Below, in pieces: positions 27,012-38,853 of a stretch of 64,000 bases of DNA. Numbering within the stretch: the first letter of the stretch is position 1; each line of letters starts with the position of its first letter. The notes under the pieces are model-generated. The model saw nothing but the letters and a program-made list of their open reading frames with translations, had not been told where the DNA came from and did no database searches. Where the stretch lies: contig OZ076409.1 of the NCBI GenBank assembly GCA_964187785.1, positions 45,572,001 to 45,636,000 on the forward strand, in the 5' to 3' direction. The translations under genes were made by a program, and so were the position numbers. Source of the stretch: Amphiscolops sp. MND2022 (Eukaryota).

Positions 27012-27458
27012 ACTTTTGACACGAAATCGTGAAATGAAACACCTACTACTTACTTGATGAACTGCCTAAGACTAACTTTCCTACTAACTCAACTACGAAC
27101 TCAAAAGGAAAACGATACAAAGGAGCAAAGAGTATATTGAGGACGCCCCAGTTGTTTTTTCTCGTTTTTTTAATACACAGAACTGCCAACACCCCCAGAG
27201 GAGCTGCTACCTTTTTTTTTCGGGAATTCAACTGCATTTTTACCCTGCTGAAGTTTACCATTAATATCAACAAACCCAGTGGGATCAAGAATACAAATCA
27301 CAATACATCAAGTTGTATAATAAAAACTACAGCAAATGAAGTTCATCATCAGACACTGGACCATTACTCACGGGACACGCCTTTGCCCGACCTTCCAGAA
27401 TTCCCCTTGCTTTAACTACGCGAACGAGATGCACCTTGCTGTTTTCCTTTCTTCTCCT

Positions 27459-29950
27459 TCAACCTTTGAGCCACATCACTAGACCCGCTAACAGACGCAA
27501 CAGTCTCCGCAGGTTGACCGGCACCACTCGAAGCTGGGCAGAAGCAGAAGCCCCCAGGTGGACAGAAGACACAGCACCAGACCCAGATTCGACGTCTATG
27601 GCAGAAGGCAATTTACTAGTAGGAGAAGTGACAGAGAAAACACATAGTCCGGCAACTTGCCCCATGTAGTAATCATTGAAACTGTCACGAAGGTCGCGAT
27701 ACATATCCTGCCGAGCAAGCACATACAGAGAACGCCAGGGAGCAAAGGTAACATCAGACATGAAAACATGCCCGGATGGTAAATTAGCCTTCAATTCGTC
27801 AAGGCAGTCTTTGTCAGCAGTTATCCAGAGACGAAACCACTGTCAGAAATATACGATTGTACTGCCCGGATCGAAGACAACAGGACCTTCTCAGGAATCG
27901 CAGCCCCACTGAGCGAAATCTTCACCTCCGGATACTGAATTACCCGTGGCACGACTCCAACTGACACTATGCCGACCACCTTTGACAAATGCAGACGACA
28001 CCCCAACAATCCACTCTGCCACAGAAAACGAAAATTGTCCTTGATGGTCGAGATCACTTACCGGTTGCGTTGTCGCAAATCAACCAACAACGATTTGAAC
28101 TCGTTAGCAGAACCCTCGGCCTCCACAGAAGACAACCGCCCACAAGTCTGCAGACAAGATATCAGGTCACGAAACAGCGAAACGGTAGACGCCTCTTCCC
28201 CCATAAGAAGCATGTCCAGGGAAAAACAACTGAGGCTGGAAGACAATCGAGAAATTGCGTAAGCAGACGTATTCAGAACTTTCAAAAATTCCATCAAAAA
28301 TCCATGGCATTCCCGCAGGAAACCCCGCTTGACGGCATCACTGCAACCATCCAATGCCTTGATGACGATAGGCTCACTTCGCAAACAATCGTTGTAGGAC
28401 ACATTAGCCCATGTTGACAATGGTCGCCCAACATACTCACTCCACTCTTCAATAGCAGGCAACTCAGACAACTTCTTCACCTTCCCCAGAAGGCTCCAGT
28501 AGAAGAAACAGAACTCGGCATAATTCCGGCAACTATAATCGGTGACCGATTTGTCAGACTGTGTCTCAAAGTTCGACTGGAAACATGACACCAACACATG
28601 CAACAGGCTCAGACGGGGCAAAATGTAGGTATCTGACACAATCACTTGACGCAAGTCGACAGGAGTCCTTCCACGGGGAGTAGGTGTACTACCACTTTCT
28701 TTGAAGAAGAGTTCAACGTCCTCCCAATGATCTACAATCTCTTCCAGTACGGCACTCAAAGAAGCAAAAGGAATATCCCGGCGTTGAACACACTGGCGAA
28801 ACTCTACAAGCCCTAATAACCAGGGCTGATGAACAGCTTTATCCAAGCGTAATAGCAAGAACTCCAGAACCGCAAAAGGCTCCAAACAATGTGCACCGAC
28901 CATACCTGCTTCCCGAACATGATCCTTGAAGACTGACGACGAATACTCCAGCAAAGAGAGAGGCGATGACCGACCATGTGACCGACACCACTCACTGAAC
29001 ACGTTGAACAAAGTTGAAGAGCAGCCGAACAAAGCAACAAGAGACTGTCCCTCAGCCAAGATAGGTGAAACCCGCGACAAGCAACGGATTTCCGCATCAC
29101 AAATGCTAGTACCGTAAGGCTCCCAAAAGAGGCACACCTCTCGAACACGCCCATCAACTTGACACCGAACAATACAATTGACTCCATTGCCCTCCTCGCG
29201 AAATGACACACTGAATACAGAATCCTTACACCAAGACTGCACTCGACGAAGAACACGAGGATATAACGTCTGACTGAGAATGACAAGGAACTCAGTTTTA
29301 CTCCACGTAGCCTGCGCATAGGTCGACTCGACTGGGATGGTAGCACGGAACTGGTTCCAAAGACGTCGCAGGAAACTATGGGAGCCACCACTACGGAGAA
29401 GCTCAAATAGCCCCCCCACCAATGTTGCAGACGGCACATTCAACACAACACCGACCAGAGCACCCACTTCGTCTTCCCTGAAAATATTCTTCTTCCCCAA
29501 ATTGACAGGAGGAGTTTCTTCAATCTCGGCACGCAATTCCGCCGAAATGGTAGCCACTTCCACAGCATCAAACTGAGGGATGTAGAACACATCCTCATGA
29601 TCTAGTCGATACCGACGATCTTTCAAGTAATGGCTCTTACGGCTGAAATGACGCCAGATCTCAGGAGCACCACGACTCAGGAAACTGATGTCCTTTTGAC
29701 AAATGGCACAATTGAAGCCATTCGGGCTCTTATCCGACATCTGACTCACGAATAATTGAGGAATTGCATGCACGGCGACTTCCTCGCGCAACACGTGCCG
29801 CTCCGTCTGCCTCATCTTCCTGCGTTCATATTTGGCAAACAGTTTATGTTTTGTCTTTTCTTCCTCGTCCAGCTGACTTCCTCGTCCGGGTAGCGGAATG
29901 CCCTTCGACTTCAACAGCCGCACAACCTCGTCCATACCTAAACCACTCAA
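27459..29950 (-). pseudogene. Antisense accessory gene of element B, main exon (~830 codons; C2H2 zinc finger, hAT-transposase-like)
   Basis: 630-aa ORF 28058-29950 continues in frame past a stop into 27821-28057 and, after a second stop and a 1-bp frameshift, into 27459-27794. Motif CAICQKDISFLSRGAPEIWRHFSRKSH. Homologous to the antisense ORFs of A, D and E. Confidence 0.85.
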
Positions 29951-30082
29951 ACGAATGACAACTCAAGTCTTACTCAGGTGATTGACGACACCAAACAAAA
30001 CACACGACCGCCCGCCAAAAATCACCAGACAAATCCAAACTACACATAATTCAACCGACCACAAAAGAAGAGAAAACTTCAC

Positions 30083-31382
30083 TTACGACGTGACAGAGAT
30101 TTTTCTTCCACCCGTGACTGAGATCGTTCCAGACACACAGCCGCTTGACCATAAGTCAGAATCTGACTTGATGACAGACACACTGCCCCGGTAGGCACCT
30201 CCTTCAGGCCAGCTAAACAACATGGAACAGTGAAAATAACTAGCCGCGGAAAACCCTACTGTACATGAAGCTCCTGGACAAACGACGACAACAATGCAAT
30301 CCAAAAAGGCACAACTTTACTTTTTCGCCCATTCATTATGAAGAACAGACTTCTCCAATCTTCAGCAGGACGACCATGTTGCGTGCGCTCATGCCGCGAC
30401 TGTGAACCACTGGGAGCCATACCAGCCAGTTGAAACGGGGAAACATCAGACGACCCGCCGGGCAAATTACCCATATCAGTGAACACGTCTCCCTCCTGAG
30501 GTGAAGGAGTCTGCGCTGAAAACAACACGCAGTAATTACCAAGTTCTGGACCACAACAATGAAACCAAGATACGAACTACCTACCTTCATCGTCTCCACA
30601 AAGGACGCCAGAGAAACCAAGTCCAGGACTGTCATCGGAGCACAACACATCAGTGCGCACCCGCTTTGTTGAGCCACTCGGAATAGCTGAGAGCAGACGT
30701 TTACTGCGACGTGAACCGACATCGCCAGCAGAAGAAGAAGGGGTGAAATCCTCATCACTCGGGTCATCTGAGAGACCTACGGAAACAGAGGTAGATGAAA
30801 TGACGCGTCTGCATACTAGCATCAAAACTGTTAACTGGCCATTAACAAATAGCTAAGCAACCCACCTGATTGTTCCATTAGATAATCCAGTTCATGGCGA
30901 GCATTACTGCCAGAAGAATGGACAGACCCATCATCGTCGTCAGCACGAGCAGAACTGTCTTCAGGAGGAGCATCACCGGAATTCCGATCACTCTCGTCAC
31001 CAGAACTGTCGTCTGTATCAACCTCGCCGAAACCGGCAACTCTACGGGACACATGAACCTCAGCCTCTGACGTGACATTTGAACCAACAGGGACCACATC
31101 GCACAAGTCACCCTCCAACTGAACTTCTCTTCCCTCTTCCACAACGACCAACCGATCGTCAGGAGGCGACTCCACAACAGCACATATCTCATCGACTGCT
31201 CTACTAACAGCACTCTGTTCTGTTGCCCCAGGGACATCAACAATTTGACACGCCTCAGTTTCCACACTCGCATCTCCTGTATCGACTCGTTTCCCTCCCA
31301 AAGACTCACCTTCACTCTCCAAAATTCCAATCTGCTGCGACTTAGCAAAACAGACAGCATCCTCAACAGTAGAATCTGCTAT
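30083..31382 (-). pseudogene. Upstream acidic/Ser-rich exons of the antisense transcription unit of element B
   Basis: ORFs 30831-31322, 30577-30825 and 30256-30528 join in frame if introns 30777-30865 (GTGGGT...TTTCCGTAG) and 30516-30584 (GTAGGT...GTTTTCAG) are removed. A further GTAAGT donor lies at 30086. Confidence 0.65.
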
Positions 31383-31655
31383 TTTATCTGTTCAAAGCAA
31401 TCTAAAAAATAAAAACACCAAGATAAACCAACAGAAGACGTGGCATAAAACCAACGAAAATATTAATATGAAGTATTACTATTATGACGTAATGAAAGTC
31501 AGTAAGTCTGCCAGTTGAACACTTTCCCAATCACGCAAGCGGCCTGAACAAGATTAAACGATTAGCAATCCTCACTTCAACGCTTAGCTACTCCTCAAGC
31601 AGTCGCTTAATTACACGCAATCGTTTACATCCCTTATTTCATTGAGATTAAAAGA

Positions 31656-32288
31656 ATGCCGTCAACACAGCTTGACTTATCTCAAGAATGCTTTATAACC
31701 GATCGCGACCAGGACAACTACCTACAAATGCCCCAAGCGCAATCAACGCCAAGAAGCAATGTTGCAGAACAATCTTTCCAAGTAGAAAACCTATATGAAA
31801 TTATCAAGACGGAAGATGGACACATAGTATTACATCATGATACTGCAAACGCCTCATTGTTACATACCGCGCAAGAAGACAATCCGACTATTCGCCGTTT
31901 CACCCTACACAACCCGGTCATACCGGATGACATATTCATGAGCCCACCCAGGGAGTATGAAGAGATGGTGAACTGGCTCTACAGCCCCAACGATGGAACA
32001 ATTAGCCCAGTATCCAGCGACCACAGCTCGATAGGTTATTTCTCGGGCAGCGACTGGTCAACAGATTCATCGTGAATGTCGTACATTTCAATAGTACAAT
32101 CTGTTTTTAACCCACCAATCTCATCTCCCTTCCGGCCAATTTACCCACTTCCTCCTATCGTGGACATTCCTCAAGAAAACCGGGGACTGTCGCAGCCCCA
32201 GCAGTGCTGCGAGAATCTAGATACAAGAGGAACGCCAAAAGGAGGAAAAAAAGAAATCGACAAAGAAGAGAAAGAAACATCATCATGA
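31656..32288 (+). CDS. Putative sense-strand extra ORF (139 aa + in-frame 70 aa) running across the PPT into the 3' LTR
   Basis: ATG-initiated 31656-32075 is followed directly in the same frame by 32076-32288. Pro/Ser/acidic; no recognisable domain. Confidence 0.4.
32173..32187 (+). promoter_or_regulatory. Polypurine tract of element B
   Basis: AAGAAAACCGGGGAC immediately precedes the TGT start of the 3' LTR. Confidence 0.7.
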
Positions 32289-34437
32289 ACCTAAAATAAA
32301 ACAACCTTTAATATTAAGAGATAACTATGTAAACATACAACTGTCAATAATACCATTGTGCAGTACCTAAAATTCATAAATATGTATATACTTAAATATT
32401 AGTAAGTGCTACGAGAGCAGCGATTTGTTTACAGCAAAACAGCCAGCGCGTTGACTGAATTCAATTCAGCTAACGCGTCGACTAGGACACCGTCCCAGCA
32501 ACTGCAGTGAGTTTTATTATTTGCCGAGCAACAGCCAATCAGCGTCGAGCTCAAACAGCACTAATTGAGTAATCATCTTGGTCAATCGTTCAGTCGACCG
32601 AGAGCTGGGACGACCGCCCAGTCGCTCAACCGAACAGCTAATAAAATAGTGTGAAGTAAATAATACCTTGTGCTATTTTCAACACTATCCTGACTTGAAA
32701 GAAGTTGAATTATGACTAGAGATACATGTAAAAGGCGAAGCAACTATTGGATAATTTGAAAATGACGCTAGCAAACAGAATTTATAGTGATGAACTGAGT
32801 CAACCTCCCAGGCGGAAGACTGAAATATTTTCATTTGAGTCAAACGCCAGGGCACAGAATCTAGTGTATCCAAACGGGATAAAAGGCGCTGTGAATTTAC
32901 AAAACATTGGCCCGTTCTTTTATACCAACCAAAAGTAGTACGATGAAAATCAACCCAATTGTGCTATTAAAACCCCCCCGAACATTATTTTCAACTCCGC
33001 ACGCCCAGTCGTTGACCGGGGCGATCAGTAAGGAAATTTAAAATTATCTCGGGCAACCAGGAGGAGCGTTTAATTTGTAATCAGCATTTATCCACCAGTT
33101 GCAGTCGGAATTTATTTACATTATTTAGTATTAATTGCAATGTAATTTGTGATACTGTTTGAGTTAACTTCCCGGACAGTTGTTTATGCCTCCTCACTGG
33201 AGCGAACAGTCCGGAAGAACAACCAGTAATTCCCCAATTGGTGCGAAATCTTTGACCTTCCCAATTGATACTGTTCGTTTCTAGGAAGTATTAATTTGTA
33301 ATCCTATGCAGTACTTGTCCAATCCATAGTAATACCCACCCATGCATTCGTTTTCGTTCGACAAGTTGAGTCAACCACCTAGTCTTACGACCAGGCGACC
33401 CGAAGTCAAGTTGTTTACCTGGCGTGCGACCAGGCTTTCATTGTTTGATGTGTACAAGAAACATTGGTTAGCTACGTGAATTGTCTGATTTAGTGATAAT
33501 CAGAGCTGCCAATTTATATTTTAGTACATTTTTGTTAATTCGTTGTTGGAATTTCATTTATTCTTCGGTGTAAAATCAGTTCCTTTTCCCGCTTCAGTAG
33601 CTAGGTTCATGAATTTTCAGTGCCAACTTTGACTCGGCGTCTTGAAAAGGCGGGAGATGAAGAAGAAAGGGACGCGGAATTGGGAAACGGCAGGAAGTGA
33701 TTCCCGCTTTCACTTGAAAGTGGGATGAAGCCGAATGCCGAATCCCGAGGAAGCCTACCTTATTTGGATTTTCTCGTCTTGGAAAACACGCCGAGTTGAA
33801 CGAGGTGTGAATTCACGCGCGGGGTTTTCCCCGCGTGTCTTGCGAAAAGTATATATACCTGAAGTGGGATTAGGAACGGACAGATTTTGTTTTTCCTAAT
33901 CTTGAAAACGTTTGTTATTCACTCTTTGAAATTGTGTCCAACTTTAATCATGGATTTTCATTTTTGAACTTTTCACGAATTTGATATTAACCGTATTTGA
34001 TTTACTAATGAATCAATCAGTTGACTAACTGACCTTACCTAATATTATTTTCACCCGACTCAATTAAATCTTGTTAATCAGTATTTTCCACATCATGCCG
34101 GAAAGGTCTCAGAAACGGAAACTCAGGAGTGACCAGTCGATTAGTCAGATAGATGAAGAGATAGCGAGTTCGACTAATGATGAAAACACGCTCCTGTCAG
34201 ATAGGGACTTTGAAGACATTTCCAATAAAATCGAAAATAAAATTTCCAAACGCCTTAGAGACACTGAGTTGAACCAGCTTGAGATTCTAAAGCTGATTGA
34301 GAGCTTATCATCCAAAGTGGACAATTTGTCTAATGTGAGTTCAGAACGAGGTTGCTTGACCGATAGAGTGGAAAACAGCGGAAACTCCGCTGACGAAGTA
34401 GAAGAAGTTGATCTCGGTAGAGGTGAAAGTTCTAACA
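32188..34437 (+). repeat. 3' LTR of element B (2250 bp)
   Basis: Direct repeat of 16441-18688 with scattered substitutions and small indels. Confidence 0.97.
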
Positions 34438-34937
34438 TTGATAAACACATAAGAAGTCTTATCTTAACAGCAAATAGTCTTAGTCTGATAGCTATCTTCA
34501 TTTCAAGTTCTCTTTGAGATCTCAGTTGGGTCCTTCTTCTAATGGAAGATAATTTCGTAGATCAGATTCTAATTTCTCTGAGTATATATCATCTACAATT
34601 TCATCATTGATTATATAGATTAAATGTAATGCTTATAATGCTAAAGTGGCAGTGTTAAAATTAGATATAAATGAAGTTATCACCAAATGTTAAACAGATA
34701 CTAATGATGTTATCAGCAGATGTCAGCAATCTAATTATCTTTGAGATGAAGTGACATCGGTCTTTTTAGAAAAGAAGTATTTGAGGTCATGTATCATGGC
34801 ATCACATTTGAAATATCTGATCCAAAAAACTGGGATTATAGATGAATCAAAAAATGTCAATGCTTCCATTTTTTGGCTACTCCTGAAACTCAAAATTGTC
34901 GTTGCTAGAACAGGTTGGAGCGGAAAATTTCCCGCTG

Positions 34938-35809
34938 CCCGGGTTTCCCTCCCATACAAAAACAGGTCAATCATACACTGCCATCATACTCACAGTATGA
35001 TTCCAGGCTGATCATACTCTGGACCATAATGGTTTATGGTTCCAGGCTGACCATACTCTGGACATATATGGTCCAGTCTATGATCAGCCTGGAACCATAA
35101 AAAAGCAAAGTTTATGGTTCCAGCCTGACCATATTCTGGGCCATATATGGTTCAGTCTATGATCAGCCTGGAACCATAAACCTTTATGGCCCAGAGTATG
35201 GTCAGCCTGGAGCCATAAAAAGAAATTTAGGATAATGTAGTCAATTAACACGTACACTGATGAAATTACAAGATATTCCTCAACCAAAGGTCCAATACAA
35301 TCACCAAATTGAAAACAAGGTAGCAATCATCAATTTTGGGCATCTTTTGCTGAATTATTGGTAATTTTTCTCGAAATAATCAAAAATCATACTGCAAAGT
35401 GGGTACTGCTATAACAAAAGAGTTAGTTATTAACTAATGAGTGGCTGAGAACAAATTGAGTTACTATAGTTTGTCTTTAACTCCGCTTAGAGCTTAACGG
35501 AGTTCTGACATGCAATGTATCGTTCGCAGATACAAAAGGTCGAATGTGGCTCCATTGCCCTCAGCCTACAAAGCTGGCTGTTCTCAATATTTGAAAATTT
35601 TTGTTTGAAAATTAAAAAAATATATATTAAAAAAATTTATGATTCCAGGCTGACCATACTCTGAACCATATATGATTCCAGGCCGATCATACTCTGGACC
35701 ATATATGATCCCAGGCCGATCATAGCAAGATCATAGTAAGGAAATTTGTATGATTTCTATGGTGCCATAATATGGTCAGATTATGATCGGCCTGGTCGGG
35801 AAACCCGGG
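34938..35809. mobile_element. Non-autonomous TIR element (CMC/EnSpm-like MITE) with subterminal ~32-nt repeats
   Basis: 12-bp TIR CCCGGGTTTCCC / GGGAAACCCGGG, flanked on both sides by TG (2-bp TSD). Multiple direct and inverted copies of CCAGGCTGACCATACTCTGGACCATATATG. Confidence 0.7.
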
Positions 35810-36150
35810 TGGTCAACGTTGTTTAAGGACCTGCTTTGACATTTAATTTGTTTAAGCCAACGAAGCCAGTTGACTTTTCAATTTCTTGTCACTAGACGTT
35901 AATTGGTTTGCCCCTAATTTGTCAAAAAGTAGGAACTCGAATTCTTTCTTTGATGAAATATGTCAATTCGACGTCTTCGCGCTCTAATTTCAAGTTTTCC
36001 ATAATTGCAGCTTCAACAACTACTAACGTATAGCGTCCCAAATTTTCTCCGTCGTCTCCAACTTCCTTTGCTATCAGAACACTCGACAGCTATTCAAGAA
36101 AAAATTAGAATAACAGAGTGATAAGGAAGACTAGACCCAGAACAGACTCG

Positions 36151-36806
36151 CAAAATACACGGTGCACTTTTTCAACCATACTGGGACCTTTTAGTGGATA
36201 AGGGTAACGTAATGCTCATCTCGAACACAGCGAAGAAAGTTGCTTGCTTTGCATTCCCCCAGGTCTGCTCCAGCTCTTTCGACCTACAACTACTCAGAGA
36301 TGGACAAGAGTTGCCAGTTCAATGCCGATGCTGCAGAGCTGGCCAGCCTTGATGAGTTTGACCTCACTCCAATAACTTATTATCGCTTATTTTCCGTAAT
36401 TATCGCTTATTTGGAGTTACTGTTCCTAAGTTATAATTATTGTGGGTATGTGTGCTCGTTTCTTTCGAAGACTTATAGTTCGTTTCTGAGATGTAACATA
36501 CCCAGGAATCTGCCACAAAGACTTCTTCTACTGCCGGGACACCTATTCGTCATGATCCCACTCGCGCAAAGTGCGTTAGAAATTTCACTCGTCGTTTTGG
36601 AAGTATACCATTTGTAACTAAAGTGAAACAAAAGTGAACTTCAAGTGAAACAAATAGGAAACTCAAGTGAAACAGTGCATAAACGGAAATTCAAATGAAA
36701 CACTAGACATTCAAGTGAAACAAAAGGGAAATTCAAGTGAAACATAAATAGAAATTTTATTTTACACGGTAAACTTTAGTATCGTAAAAGTCCACCGTGT
36801 ATTTTG
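36151..36806. mobile_element. Putative MITE bounded by a 20-bp inverted repeat
   Basis: CAAAATACACGGTGCACTTT at 36151 and AAAGTCCACCGTGTATTTTG ending at 36806 (1 mismatch). TA|CACGG termini are possible. Confidence 0.5.
36620..36744 (+). repeat. Degenerate minisatellite, 6 x (TC)AAGTGAAACA with short variable spacers
   Basis: Visible directly; period 20-28 nt. Confidence 0.8.
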
Positions 36807-38853
36807 TTCAAGGCACGTGACAACATATTTCACCCAGGACTGTACCTCGGAAGGCGCTTCAAGTTGATCAGTTAAACGTCAATATTTTAAGTTTTTCGGT
36901 GTGAGCGGGCATTGTCAAGATAAGATAACCGAATGCGTTGTCAGCATTAACACCAATAAGATTCCCGCTGAAAATTTCAATAAAACTGATTAAAAAAATT
37001 TTCCATATTCAGTCCTCCACGGTAAATTTTGTAAGAAACCAGCCCATTTACAGATGAAACAGCAAGGCATGCTGTTACATTATGGTCTTTCTGCCCCATG
37101 ACACCGTTCGATAAGTTCTGGTCCCTCTTAAGCTCCTTCCCTGGTTCCGTCTGGTATGGATCTTGACGCCGAACTCATTTACGTAAATCTTGTGAGAGTT
37201 CAATACTTGTAAACTGGTGAGCCACTCAGCGTAGATGTAACGATCGTCTTTCAACTCGGTCGTATTCCGCTCGACAGGAACATCTCATTTTCTGTGTATT
37301 TTCAATGTATACGCGATGCCTTCCAATGTGTTGGCTAACGTTTTCAAAGGTTGCACAGGATTGGCTGGCATTCTAGTATGAATAGCTAAATTAATAATAA
37401 TAGCCGAAGATGAGACCGCACATTTCAGTATCATGGTTGATCGCGTGTTCGACTGCCATTACACCGGTGTTGGTAAGCCGATAATAACCAGGTTTGGTTG
37501 AAATTGAAAAATGAGGTAAAACTCTCTACCAGAACCGAAGAAAAATCAACGCAAACTTAGTCATCGCGGAGTCACCGGTCCGAAAATCTGAAATACTACT
37601 AGTCGTGGGCGAAAAAAGAAAAACTACCTCCGCTAAGCAGCGGGACATTCTAGCTGCGATATATTCTTAGGTCTCAAGTGTAGGCAATATGCGGTTTTGC
37701 GGAAAGAATTCAAAAGCATTCAAAACTTGTTTTTTTTTCAAAAAATTTTATCAATGCAAGAGGAAAAAACTACCGAAGTAAAGTTATTTGTTCGTGAAAA
37801 CTTCAAAAACTCATACTCACAAAACCATGCAAAAATGACAAAATATATAGCGAATGGTAAAACAATTAAAAATTTAACAATTTGATTGATTTTTAGGGAA
37901 TTAATTCGAATACCTATGGTACGTTTTTGTAAAAGGTATTTGTTGACCAGTATCGTCAGAAATTGTAAAATTTTCATCAGCGGGTCCCCTTTTAGAAGCG
38001 CAGTGGACGGCAGCACGTTGCTACTGATGTTTAACATGTTGTTCTATCTGTTTTCAGTGTTTGCGCTTTTGTACGAGAGGTGAAATTGATGGATGCGTTT
38101 TATTCCATCCAACCAAATGATGAGCTGAAACGAGTGTTCCCGACTCGCCAAGTTACAAACTCACAAAAGTTATAGAAAGATGTGCGAAAAGTTAAAGCAA
38201 GCACTGATGTTGCCTACTAAACTGTTTGTCTCTGGCTGGTTTGGATGTTGAGAAAAAAGACGGTGAATGTACCAACCCTCGTGTCAGAAGTATGGACTTT
38301 TTGGAGTATGGTTTTGCAGCTCTTTGCAGTGAAAAAAGTCTGAATTTCATTGCAAACGTAGCAAACGGCTTTAGTGTATTTTCTTGGTACGAGCACAAGT
38401 GCTGTAGATCTTAGCCAAAGCAGTTGCAAAACTAAATGGAAAGCGGTTTAAAACCTCTAGATTTCTGTTATGTAACAAAACGTCGACCATAAAAGCAGTT
38501 GGGATACGTTTTTCGACGCAATTTGTATGAAAAAAAACAACATTTTTTGGCAAAAGTGGCAAAGAACTACCATGAAACGCACATGAGAGAGTGCTGGATT
38601 GTGATGTAATTGTATCTTCCGTGCTGCTATCAGTTTGGGGCACATTCCAAGTACCAAAATATGATGTAATAGGATATAAGAAAATTTTAAACCTCATCCT
38701 AGTGATGAAAGGTCAAAAGACCTTATTTTTTGGCTGGTTACAGGAATGCCTGAGAACACCATCAACCCCTTTAGGGCAACCAGTGTTTTCGCGATCTGGA
38801 AATTGTACGGTTTTCTCTTATTGTACTTGTTGTGAAAATAACGTTTAGGAGAG

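Larger units (their letters stand above)
16441..34437 (+). mobile_element. Element B: full-length (~18 kb) Ty3/Gypsy LTR retrotransposon with antisense accessory gene; non-functional
   Basis: Near-identical LTRs at 16441-18688 and 32188-34437 (TGT...ACA), PBS, PPT, gag and pol. Imperfect 5-bp TSD TTAAT (16436-40) / TTGAT (34438-42). Confidence 0.97.

Noticed and set aside
27459..29950. env gene call for the ORF after pol
   Set aside because: Wrong strand, no signal peptide or C-terminal transmembrane anchor, and it has a zinc finger instead.
27459..31403. Independent DNA transposon inserted into element B
   Set aside because: No TIRs or TSD were seen, and homologues occupy the same position and orientation in four divergent elements.
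34999..35720. ~32-nt repeats resembling a CRISPR array
   Set aside because: No unique spacers, copies occur in both orientations, they lie within a TIR element, the context is eukaryotic and there are no cas genes.
36620..36744. Repeat-spacer-like AAGTGAAACA array as CRISPR
   Set aside because: Repeat (10-12 nt) and spacers (~10-16 nt) are far too short, and the spacers are related to one another.
37000..38850. Short ORFs (60-108 aa) as host genes
   Set aside because: No recognisable domains or consistent exon structure; AT-rich intergenic or repeat DNA.
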